From contig NC_043000.1 in assembly GCF_006345805.1 (NCBI RefSeq), forward strand, positions 69,874,001-69,938,000: a stretch of DNA of 64,000 nucleotides, given 5' to 3'. Source of the stretch: Octopus sinensis (taxonomy: Eukaryota). Under the pieces are notes generated by a model that made no database searches, was not told the origin of the DNA, and saw only the letters and a list, made by a program, of their open reading frames with translations. Positions 52,585-64,000 of the stretch are shown here, piece by piece. Position 1 is the first letter of the stretch. Each line of letters begins with the position of its first letter. The position numbers and the translations under genes were made by a program.

Positions 52585-54793
52585 GGGAAAACAAATTATA
52601 TATATATATATATGTTTGCGTGCGCTTGTATATGTGCGCATACAAGTGTGTCTATGTGCGTGTATTGGGTGCTTGGCTGTTCTAATACAGCAGATATTTT
52701 CGGAAATCGACAACGAAAACCAATTGTTAGATTTAACAATTTATCAAATTCTATTGAGAATGTGGCGTCGTCTTGACGGTTTCTTTTATCTCTTCTTGTT
52801 TGTTCTAATGCTAGTTACATAGGATGAATAATGTTTATTGTCTTATCCAAAGTGGTGTTCCACTGAGAGTATACGAACTCAAGTTGCTTTATCAGATATT
52901 GGGGATAATTGTCCACGTGCCTATCACAACCTGTCAGACTTATATGATTTCATTAATGTTCTTTCGCGTACTCACGTATTAATTCAACTCCACACTGCTG
53001 TGCAAATAAAATAAGCTGCTCTATTCAAATTAAAGTGGTTTTTTACACAGCTGGCAAAATAGCATTTTTAAAATTAAATTTCTGTTATTTTTTATTGGTA
53101 GTATGTTTGCTATTGATCTTTTATTTGATTTTGTGTTTCCAGCTCCTTTTCTTTCCACAGTCAATTACGCAAAAAATATGTAGTTAATATTCGTGTAATT
53201 ATTGTTCTTCAGTAGAAATTTAATTCAGTTCTCAACAATGCTGCAGAATAATGCGAGTATAATTTTTTTCTACGAAACATATAAATTTAGGTGTTGCTGT
53301 GAATGTTATGCTCTTAAAAATATTTTCGTTTTATAACATAACAGAGTGTTCTTTCTAAGTGTTTAAATTTAATTAAATTACAAAACATTTACAAATGTTG
53401 CATAATTTGTGGAGTTTTATACGCACATTTAAATAGTCATGCTAATCTAGTGGGTATGCATTTGCATTAATCTATAGGAAGTCGTATAAAACCTTACAAG
53501 TCTTCCATGACCGGCGGGTGCGTTTTCATTTTATACGATTGGAATTGTTGTAAGCTTGTATCAGTAAAGTAAATGTACCAGACATAGAACCTAGAAGATG
53601 TAAGCTCTGTGAAAGAAAATATTATATGAAGTGTTTAGTAAGGTATTATTGTGATAAACCACAGAACTGACACAATTAGAGGCCGGTGATTGGGATGTTG
53701 ATAGGTACTGCATTTTTTTTCTTAAATAGCAGGGATCGTTAAAATAATAGTAGATAAAGAGACAGAGAAAACAGAAAATAGGGGTTTTCAGCTTATTGAT
53801 GACTGAGTATTTGCAATGAAACGGACAACGATTTTGTTTATAAATCTAAAATCTCTGCATGCATCCCTCCAGCTCAAGTAAGAAAATAGTAATTTATCGT
53901 CGGTCGCATGAATTTCTTCTTGAAACAATCGAATATATATTTATATATACACATGTTTCTTTGTGTACATACTTACAAATACACAAACACACATACATAG
54001 GTGTGTGCGCGCACACACACGCATACACACGCACGCATGAATACACACGCAAATATCTGTATGTGCATATGTGTGAGTATGTGTGAATGCGTACATAGAA
54101 AAATTTCTTGTCTGAAAGTGTTTCCTCTTCCTGTCACTGGGAATTATCTGCTGCATTTGTCACAACCTTTAAAAGTTCAGACCAATAATTATTTTACCAT
54201 AGAAATTTGAAAGCATCACAACTGTCTCTGAAGCTAAAACACTTTCAAAGTAAATATTCCAATGAAATAACATATCGGTGTGGCTGATGACTTTGAAGTA
54301 TGCACACTTCACTTTCTGTTGCACAGTCTTTGTTTATATATGCTTAATTGGAAAATTTCAAGTACTACCAATCTGTCGATACTACAATTATGCCATAAAA
54401 GTCCCATGACCATTTATACAAACCCCAACATACAGTAGTACTCATCAAATTCTTCCATATTTTTGTATTTTGGGGGAATCATTCTGCCTATAAACACAAA
54501 CTACTTGTTCATCACTTTTTATGAATCGATTATTTGGTTAAAGTTTTCATTTACAGCTCCCAAGATAAAATATGTCTTGACATATGGCATCTCATCAAGA
54601 ATTTTGCGAAACAAATGCAAATATTATAAAGACTATATAAATATGTAATATTATATTTATATCTGCTGACATATATCTAAAGTAAAAATTACAAGAGTTT
54701 TTAAGCGACAGATTCCATCTTCAAAGCATTGGACAAAAAGATAAGTGGATTATGTAAAGACTTTGATGTGTACTGATTTCACTGTAGCATACG

Positions 54794-54832
<39 letters not shown>

Positions 54833-54834
<2 letters not shown>

Positions 54835-56465
54835 ATAATTTTCGTAGGATTTTGCTTTTGTCTGTGATTGGAAAGGTACATGCCCGCATTTTTTAGAACG
54901 TTTAAATACCTTCATAGTTCCAAATATAGTGTCTGAGTTTCAGTGTGGTTTTCGTTCCTCCAGGAGCACAGCTGATTGTATCTTTACTGTCAGACAATTA
55001 CAAGAAAAGTGCATTGAACAGAATCTTACTCTGTACCATTGCTGTGTTGATTTGGGCAAAGCATTCGATACTGTTAATTGAAATGTTCTGTGGTTAATTA
55101 TAAAGAAAATAGGTTGCCCAGGAAAATTTGTAAACACGATCAGGGCTTTGCATCAAGATATGAAAGCTAGAGCTAACTTTGGTGGTAGGCTTTCTGAATC
55201 TTTTGCCGTGGAAAATGGAGTAAAGCAAGGAGACATTGATGAACCCACCCTCTTTGCAATATACTTTGCTTTTGTGTTGTAACATGCTTTTCAAAATTCT
55301 GAGGAGGGTATTTACATAAATTATCGAACAACAGGGAATGTTTTTAATCTGACCAGACTGAAATTCAAAACGAAAGATTTTACTTCACTCATTAGAGAAC
55401 TTTTATACGCTGACGATTGCGATTTTATCAGTCATTCTGAAGCAGGTCTACAATCTCTTGTATCTGCATTTGACTCAGCTTGCGATGATTTTGGCATGAC
55501 CATCAACTTGAAAAAGAGCTATTGTAATGCGTCAACCTATGTGTGGTGCTGCTTGTGACCCCTTCTCCCTAAAACTTTTGTTAAGGGTAAGTTACTTGAG
55601 GTTGTCGATTCGTTCATCTACCTTTGAAGCTCTGTTCAAAATGATGGAAATCTTGATACAGAAATACATTTGCAAATTCAAAGGGTAGCAAAAGCATTTG
55701 GTGGCTTGAAGTTATGCGTTAGGTGCCAACGACGTATAAATACAAAGATTGCATCTGCGGGCATCACCTCAATTAGCGCTATGATTTTGAGGAACCAAAT
55801 GAGATGGTGTGGCCATATTGTTCGAATGGCAGATGAAAGTATGCCGAAACAGCTATTTTATGGTGAATTTACATAGGGGAAATGCTATCGGCATAAACCT
55901 AAAGAAAGGTTTAATAACGGCGTAAGGACTGCTATGAAGTCACTTGGAATGGATCCAGAAGACATAGAACCTCTTGCTTCGGATCGAGTTGGATGGCGAA
56001 CAAAAGTGTGGAGTGGAATGAAAGCATTTGAAGAGGCCAGGATAACACAAGTAAGACTCAAAAGAGATCTAAGGAAGAATGTAACGATCGAGAAGGTGAA
56101 TGACAACGACCTTTTTGTGTGCACAGTCTGTGACAGAACATGCCTGTCTTTTGCTGGGCTCAAATCTCATCTGCGGAACCATGGAAAACGAACCTCCACC
56201 AACTATTTTGCCTATATGTCTGTGGAAACCTTTGAATGTAATGTATGCCAGAAGGTTTGCAAATCTAATGGTGGCCTCAAAAGACATTTTAAGATCCACA
56301 AAGATCAGAACCTATCTGCAGCTCTTGGTTGTTCAAATTGGATGTGCAATCTGTGTAGGTGTCTTTTCAGAACATTGTCTGGTTTAAAAAGCCACATCAG
56401 ATGCCATGATAGCGCTAAGGTGTAGGTACAAGAGGTTGTCAAACTCTGCATAAGAAGTAGACAAC

Positions 56466-56468
<3 letters not shown>
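54833..56468 (+). mobile_element. 5'-truncated RTE-clade LINE (RT plus C-terminal C2H2 array), decayed
   Basis: LLLSVIGKV...SEFQCGFRSSRSTADCIFTVRQLQEKCIEQ...VDLGKAFDTV...NGVKQG...LLYADDC...LRWCGHIVRMADESMPKQLFYGE. The ORF ends at 56425, followed by a short 3'UTR and (TA)n. Confidence 0.9.
56114..56407 (+). other. Three tandem C2H2 zinc fingers (C-x2-C-x12-H-x3-H) at the RTE C-terminus
   Basis: CTVCDRTCLSFAGLKSHLRNH; CNVCQKVCKSNGGLKRHFKIH; CNLCRCLFRTLSGLKSHIRCH. Confidence 0.9.
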
Positions 56469-56504
<36 letters not shown>

Positions 56505-56678
56505 AGGAGAAAATTCTTATGAATTAACTCTGAAATTGGGACCAATACGGTGATAACGGATTTTTAAAAAATTTCTAGCGGCTTGTTTCGAGACGCATAA
56601 ATTATAATGGTTATTGACAATTTTGTTTATTTTCGGCATATTTGGCATTAGAATTTTTCTTTTGCCCTTATTTTATAA

Positions 56679-56733
<55 letters not shown>

Positions 56734-56742
56734 ATAAAATAT

Positions 56743-57130
56743 TAGGGAATAAATCCAAACTTACAGGGAAAAATCAGATTTAGGATTAAATCCAATTTTA
56801 TAGCATAAATATATTATATTATATTATATTAAATTAGAGATAAAACCACTATTAGGCAAATCAAACAATGAAAAACATAAGCCAATACATAAAATTAATT
56901 TAATTTATATTATTTTAAATATATATCAAAAGTATTAAAAGTTTAATAAAAGATAAAGAGTAAAACACTACGATCGTTTCATGGCTGTACAATTCGAATA
57001 ACAATAATTTAAATTCAATTAATAATTCGAGTTATGGTTACAGTCAATCTTCAGATTAATTGAAATATATAAAAAATAATCAGAAATATTTAAACAATAT
57101 TTTTAAGATATAAATAATATAATAATTTTA
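56743..57130 (-). mobile_element. AT-rich PLE-type 3' end, related to 3685-4140 (AT-rich body may extend to ~58320)
   Basis: TAGGGAATAAATCCAAACTTACAGGGAAAAATCAGATTTAG vs TAGGGAATATAATTCTAAACTTACAGGAAAAAATTCGATTTAG at 3685. HHR at the equivalent position; abuts (TA)n. Confidence 0.6.
56965..57058 (-). ncRNA. Hammerhead-like motif with a 49-nt stem II loop (partly degenerate)
   Basis: AAT-CTGAAGA-TTGACTGTA-N49-TACAGCCAT-GAAA-CGATCG-TA-GTG. Stem II has 7/9 pairs, stem III is palindromic, and stem I is weak. Confidence 0.6.
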
Positions 57131-58338
57131 CTTATAATAAACTCTATTATCAAACTAGAAACATAAAACTTAACAATTATGATTATATCAAAATCGACTA
57201 TAATGTTAAATATTAATTTTAATTTATAAGGTAGGAAACCCACCAATAATCTAATATCGGTATTAATCTATATCTAATTACATAAATATTTAAAGATGAC
57301 TATTATATATAAATTATCAATGAAAATATATAAATGTATATAAATATTATAATTAAGATCTAAAATAATAAATAAATATATATGCATATATAATAAAAAC
57401 CTAATAAATTAATTTTTCATATTTAAAGATGAAATAGCTAATTTCAAAATACAAATAAACAAACTTAAACGAACTTTCGGAAATCTTATGTAAAATACTT
57501 ATAGAAATAATCAATTCGTAGTAATATAGTATCGAATAAATACTATAAATACTATAAATATAATTATCAATGGGAATAACTAGCGAATATCAATTTAAAA
57601 AAACAATAGCTAAATTAAGCTATTAAATTAGACATGAACTGGACCTATCTTTAGTCGAAACATATCTAAGTTTATCAAAGTTTATCTTATTTAATTATAA
57701 GAAATTTAAAACTGCAATTAATACTATTAAAACATGTATATACAAAAGTCTAACTTTTGACACCTCGTATACTTGCTATCAAACAACAAATCTATCGCTA
57801 AGTAGTATCTCACGAATAAACTTAAATTTAATATCTAATAATATAGAAAATTACGATAATTAGATCATTACATAAACAACGATATTTACATAAGGAAAAT
57901 ATTATTACACCAAAGACTTATACAATATTAAAATTTACAATTAGAAGATCTTAAATATAAATAAATACTTATCTTAGCGAGATTTAGTAATGAACTAAAA
58001 TTTTGAATCGGAAAACGTCTTTACAGCGTTTATAAGAATACTCGTGGATTTACGTTATTAGCAACAAAAAAAAAGAATAAATTGTTGAAGAATTCATTAA
58101 GCGTGAGGAACATACGCTTTATCAATGAGATTGTGAATGGGAATATTAATGGTTTATCAGTGTAAATAGAATGAAGTCGCAAATAAAGAATAAAATCTCT
58201 CTATACTATAATATTTATTAATAAAATAACTATGATAAATAATACTTAATACAAAATTAATTAAATAATTGAAATGATTAAAAACCACTAATTATTAAAT
58301 ATATTCTAAAATCTTATATGATTAATAAATATATGGCC

Positions 58339-58374
<36 letters not shown>

Positions 58375-58384
58375 CGCCATATAT

Positions 58385-58430
<46 letters not shown>

Positions 58431-59189
58431 GGCCATTCCTTCGTATGTATGATAATCATTCCTGTAGAAAGCTCTGAGAAAATTGAAAAAGATCGGTAGA
58501 GTACAAAATCGACAGTAGTTTCTAATATACAATAATTATAAACAGAGTATAGGATAGCATGGTTTTCAGGGAAATTTATTTAGTTAATTAATAATATTGA
58601 ACGGACGTAAGTATTGACTCCTAGAAGTGATGATTGGAGCTAAAGGTGTTTTACTTTTACGTACCACAATATCGTTACTGAAGTACCTTTGTTTACATTT
58701 ACAGTTCACTACTTCGCCTGCAGACTGATCGGTAACTTCTTTATGTTCTATATAATTTGGACATATAACTATGCTGCTACCCGTTAATTAATTAATCAAT
58801 TGCTTAATTTCGTTGGATTTCTCCTCGCACCTGATCCTTACTGCATAAAATAATGAAATGTTTTCTCTTTCTCTCCGTGTCTCACACATTCCCTCTCTCT
58901 CTTTCTTCCCCCCTCTCTCCTTGTCACTTTCTTTCTCTCCCTCTCTCTCTCCGTTTCTCTCTCCCCATTTGTTGATTTATGTGTGTCAAACATACATATG
59001 TAGATCGTTCTCTGCGTCTCATATATAGGTATATTCACTCAAATACCTGCGCAATTTATACAACTTTTCCTTCTCTTTCCCATCACGCTATCTCTGCATG
59101 GATATATCCACTTGTAAATCAATATAAATCTCATCTCTTTCTTTCTTCATATCACTTCATCTCTCTCCCTATCTCTATATCTCTCTAAA

Positions 59190-60625
59190 TATACAAGAAG
59201 AAACGGCCGACAATCACACTAAAAATGCTTCGAAACTGGAGAAGCGCAGATTTGAAATTGTTTTTGAGAAGCTAGCAAATATCAGAAGGGGACAATGCAA
59301 ATAATATTATAACGGCAGCACTAAAGATCAACGGTTACATAAGAATCACAGCTCAGATAGAGCAAAGGAAAACAAGAATTCGTCAGCTCTTATGCCCTCA
59401 TAAGACCTCACATTAGCATCCTTGACACAATCTTTGACACCATCTTTGAAAACAGGCACAAAGAAAAGGACAAGGATGGAGATAATGATGTGAGTGAGAG
59501 TTTCTCCGCTGGTGCAACTGATCGACGCGGGATCAAGAATGAAACCATGAGTGCTAGACACCAGGACTAATGGCCCTACTACTGCTAGTGTGAACAACCA
59601 AAGGGACGAATGGGCAAAAAAGAAACGACAATGAAGAAAAAGTGTAAAAAAATCGTCTAAAATCACACAGAAACAAAAGGATGATGACGACACAAATAAA
59701 AAAAAAAGATAAATCCAAAAACATCCCTAATGAAGAACAACCAAGGAAAGAAATAAATCAAACTGCCCATGCGCGAAGTTTCAAATAGTTATAAAGAAAA
59801 CAAACATTGACGCAAGGAAGACTCCAGACAATAGAAAAGAAAGAAGTGAGAGCACACACAAGTGTGTAAATTCTACTTGCGCGATATCAGTTAGCATGAA
59901 AACGACAGTACAAACTGCCGTTTCTCACATCCAAAACCGTGTCACAGCTATATGAAGCAGGATGAAAACTTCCGTCCAAAGACACCAAACAATAAACAAA
60001 GACTCTAAAGGGAGAAAAATCGCGCATCACCTGCACCAAAACGAAAATACGCTGATGTAATGTGCACTGCTTCTAACAGTCAGCCCTATCAAGTCATAAG
60101 GGCTGCTGCAGAATAGCAATCGTTTTTATACATGGCACAAAAGATTGTACAGCAATTGAACTGGCTAAATAAATTTTAGAGTTATCCCCAGCATCATACA
60201 AAATTACAGCCAATAGATCTAGGGTAGCCAGCACAGATGTCACGTCAATTCTTTTTCTAGATAATAGATAATAACATACTTTAGTATGTGTTTTTCTGCG
60301 TCTGCGATGTCGAGTTTCAAGCGCATTTCAGAGATTTCTGTGCATAAGGCTTGACTGCACGCAACAAGGTCTCCCCAGACTTTGGTTCTGTTACTGTGTT
60401 GTAACACAGTAACAGAACCAAAGTTCCCTTTCTGGGGAGACCTTGTTGCGTGCAGTCAAGCCTTATGCACAGAAATCTCTGAAATGCGCTTGAAACTCGA
60501 CATCGCAGACGCAGAAAAACACATACTAAAGTATGTTATAATGTGAAGCGACAGAAAAGATAGGAGTCAGGGTTTCGGCCAGATTTTCAGAAACGCATTA
60601 CGTCCGTTAAGCGAAGGATTCCTGT
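59190..60625 (+). mobile_element. Decayed LINE 5' fragment: CCCH-finger ORF1 remnant plus start of the APE endonuclease
   Basis: 59862-59942 reads VCKFYLRDIS*HENDSTNCRFSHPKPC (eroded C-x7-C-x8-C-x3-H). 60242-60270 reads TSILFLDNR. 60433-60573 reads CTEISEMRLKLDIADAEKHILKYVIM*SDRKDRSQG, similar to the APE pattern ETHL...DAEI.I..Y...RSDR...R..GG. Confidence 0.6.
60271..60539. repeat. Near-perfect 269-bp palindrome (fold-back duplication)
   Basis: The arms are exact reverse complements apart from 7 extra nt (TTCCCTT) in the right arm, with a 2-nt centre near 60401-60402. Confidence 0.95.
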
Positions 60626-60654
60626 ACACACGCACGCACGCACACACACACACA

Positions 60655-60699
<45 letters not shown>

Positions 60700-61644
60700 T
60701 ACATACATACATACATACATACATACATACATACATACATACAAACGAATAAACATGATAAAATATGTTAGTTTTACGCTGAATGACAGGGAGAAATGTT
60801 TGACGTTCCGGATTTATTTGTATTTCATTCTTTTCTTTTACTCTCTTTCTCTTTCACTTTTCCACGTTATTGAAGGTAACATAAAGCCGCCGAAATGACA
60901 AACATTTCTTTTTCTCATTCAGTGTTAGTCTAATAAAGTGTTCTCGACAGTTTGAATTGGCATCTATAAACTGTTAGCAATAACAGAACAAGCTATGGAA
61001 CCACAATATTAAGAGACCATTGCACCAAAATTAAAAGCGACAAGCATGGATAATTTGGCTTGTAATGGATGTCATCCAGTGATATTGTTTGTGTGAGCGA
61101 TATGAAAAGCAACAGGCATAGCACAAACAGTTATGCATTTTTCCTTCCATTGATATGTTTACGTGAACATATTGTAGGATAAAAATCTGGTTTAAAAGAA
61201 ATTAACGGCAAACAAAATTTGTACTCAGATCAGCTTTTATGTCGTTCTACATGTACCTACAACAAATGCATGCTTGTTACCTTTCATAGTATTTTCTCAA
61301 TATCAAAATACTTTTTTGATGCACCCAGTAGGTAGTCAATAGTTATCGTTTTTTATCTCTTGGAAAGGTGATTTCTCAAAAGGTTACATGCAGTCGTCGT
61401 TTATAGGTTCCCGACATATCAACTATAGGTTCACTTATTTGTGATAACAGAACTATGAAGCGATATTTTGACGCATGGCCTTTGAAAGTTTGCATCCTTA
61501 CTGCCTAGATGGCTCGCTTCACACTCCCTTCAACATTAATTGTAAATTCTTCTATGTATGAATATCTGTTTGTATCTGTATGTGTATAATGCGCGCGCAC
61601 ACACACACACACACACACAATCACACACACAAATATATATATAT

Positions 61645-61900
61645 ATATATAAAACTGAGAATGTGTGTCTGTCTGTGTGTTTCCCTAAAACTTGAGAACT
61701 GCACAACCAATTTCATTCAAATTTTACACATGCCTTACTTAGGGTCCATGTAGTTTCATTGGCAAGAAAATGTTCAACTTCTTGCCTAGAGTGAGCCCAT
61801 AGCAATATCATATCTTCTCCACTATTTCAGTATTACGTGTTAAAAGTGAAACAAAAACACTTCTCTATTTTATGTCAGATGCTTTCACTTTAACAATAAA
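61645..61900 (+). mobile_element. Helitron/DINE-like 5' segment (right boundary uncertain)
   Basis: (TA)n-AAAACTGAGAATGTGTGTCTGTCTGTGTG...CAACCAATTTCATTCAAATTTTACAC, which shares a motif with 21758-21987. Confidence 0.4.
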
Positions 61901-62599
61901 AAAAATAATAACAATTGAATTATATGTAGTAAGTAATAATTAAAATCAAACTAAAGTATAATATAATCGTAACATAACAAAAGTAAAAATAGCAATTGGT
62001 ATAAAATTGCATCAATGACTTGAACATGAATAAGTGGTTTCACATGAATGGGAATAAGTTAAAAATAAAATTAGCGTGCAGAAATGGAATAGTCCAGATG
62101 GAGGTGTGCAATACCCTTTACCACGGCTTTTACATTAGATTATCTGCTAATTAGCTAGCATTAAGTATCTATATGAAGTTTGGCTGTATGTAATATCTGT
62201 TTTCTCGAACAGCCGCTCCTGTTGGTTTATTTCTTTTACATAAAGGACTTCAACTGCTTACTGCTTTCTGACTCATCGTAAGGTTTGTTGTTATTATTAC
62301 TGTTTAACTATTGTTATCACGTTTGTTGGTTCCTCGTAAAGGAAACATTGTTGTGTTGCATTTGTTAAATAATTGTAAACTGTATCCCTGCCCCTTTGGG
62401 AGAAGGAGCTTTGGTTATTGTTTAAAAATTGAATTGTGTCCCTGTTTGGGGAAATTGACAATATTTTCACCATTTACACGGAAACATTTTCGTTAGCAGA
62501 AAGTCCAAAAACGAATTTTGCTGCAGCCGTTGGCGGGCGCGAACTCATTGAAATTAAAATGGAAGAAATACGGATTGATCACCGACAAAGACAGTGAAT

Positions 62600-63010
62600 C
62601 TAGGATAATACCACCAAACGAAATGAAAAATTAAATTAAAGAAAATACTATCGTCTATAAAGTATACAATATAGAGAGAAAAAAAGATTTGAACACCTGG
62701 AGGAAAGCACCATCGAAAAGTGTCTTGGTGCGACTATGAAAGATATCTAACCAGAGGCGGTAAATTCGCCACAATAGAAGCAAGGTCCGAGTCAACGGAG
62801 CGTGCAAGGGAGTACTTGACTCAAACCTTGCAAAATGGAAATATTTTATTTTTACCTTTATATCTGGGACGTAGGACGTCCTGGATAAAAATTTAAAATT
62901 CCCCCCACCCAGAAGTAGAGGTAGGCTGGATTGTAGCCACACTTCTATACAAGATGGAGGACAAGATCTAATTGATCAAAATTGCAAGACACGGGCCTAC
63001 AATTCCAGTC
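62600..63010 (+). pseudogene. Degraded LINE ORF1-like fragment (possibly L1/Tx1 type)
   Basis: GGKFATIEARSESTERAREYLTQTLQNGNILFLPLYLGRRTSWIKI*...PEVEVGWIVATLL reads like an RRM-type ORF1. Family assignment is from memory only. Confidence 0.35.
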
Positions 63011-63142
63011 TGTTATATATTTTGAGTATTGTTATCACTAGCGATATCAAGATATAACTTTGTATTTTGTATTTTACGTGTAGATGTATATATATAGATG
63101 TACATGTAATATGTACACATATATACACACATATATACATGC

Positions 63143-63183
63143 ACTAGCACTATGACCCGGCAACGACGGGTCATAATGCTAGT
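63143..63183. mobile_element. 41-nt palindromic Helitron-like terminus
   Basis: ACTAGCACTATGACCCG-GCAACGA-CGGGTCATAATGCTAGT: a 17-bp stem with one mismatch and CTAG at both ends. Confidence 0.5.
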
Positions 63184-63215
63184 ATATATATATATATAAT
63201 ATATATATATTATTA

Positions 63216-63432
63216 GAGAGTCATCCACTATGTGGATAACTCTAGTGCTAAAAATAGCTCCGAGCATACCACAAAGATCCGTTTCCAACTAGAATCACAC
63301 ACACATTTAAACTGAAGGAAAGTGAAATACAACGAATAAATAGATTGACTCATACAAGTTGGAAACGGATCTTCTGTGGTTGCTTCGGAGCTATTTTTAG
63401 CACTAGAGTTATCCACATAGTGGATGACTCTC
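63216..63432. mobile_element. MITE with ~75-bp TIRs
   Basis: GAGAGTCATCCACTATGTGGATAACTCTAGTGCTAAAAATAGCTCCGA...GATCCGTTTCCAACT and its reverse complement, with TA on both sides (TTA left, TAA right). Confidence 0.85.
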
Positions 63433-63542
63433 TAATAATTATAGTACAATTGTATTTCCTCCGTAGTTTTTGTGCTAAGCCACTTGGTGTTAAATTGACG
63501 GTATTATTATAAATTATATCGATTTTTCACACCCTCATTATA

Positions 63543-63579
<37 letters not shown>

Positions 63580-63585
63580 TATATA

Positions 63586-63980
<395 letters not shown>

Positions 63981-64000
63981 ACACTTATGTATATTTATAT

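Noticed and set aside
57400-58300. Coding remnant in the very AT-rich segment beside the 56743 element
   Set aside because: Partially open frames exist on both strands, as expected from composition. No diagnostic motif was found.

Overview
AT-rich, microsatellite-dense eukaryotic (metazoan) DNA. The repeat repertoire looks cephalopod/Octopus-like, which is an inference from remembered repeat families and not a database result. No host protein-coding gene, tRNA, rRNA or CRISPR array can be supported; there is one isolated candidate exon at 31951-32097 (-). The window is a transposon landscape. It holds a near-complete Penelope-like element (PLE, 21988-27635) with tandem pLTRs, two ORFs linked by a T_TTT_TTA -1 slippery site and a U3/A8 variant hammerhead ribozyme (HHR), plus a truncated PLE with an inverted pLTR (1133-3335). 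An AT-rich HHR-bearing family with long stem-II inserts occurs twice (3.7-4.4 kb and 56.7-57.1 kb). Other retroelements are three Dong/R4-like LINE fragments, four copies of a ~560-bp non-coding element sitting in (TAA)n tracts, an RTE LINE ending in three C2H2 fingers, a CCCH-ORF1/APE LINE 5' fragment with a fold-back duplication, and many SINEs. DNA elements are a full-length decayed Tc1 (IR/DR, DD34E), an internally inverted mariner, Helitron-like ends and a MITE. Almost all short ORFs in the supplied track are microsatellite or antisense artefacts. The most notable signals are six hammerhead motifs from three or four PLE families with unusual core or stem variants, and apparent -1 frameshift junctions in two unrelated retroelements.
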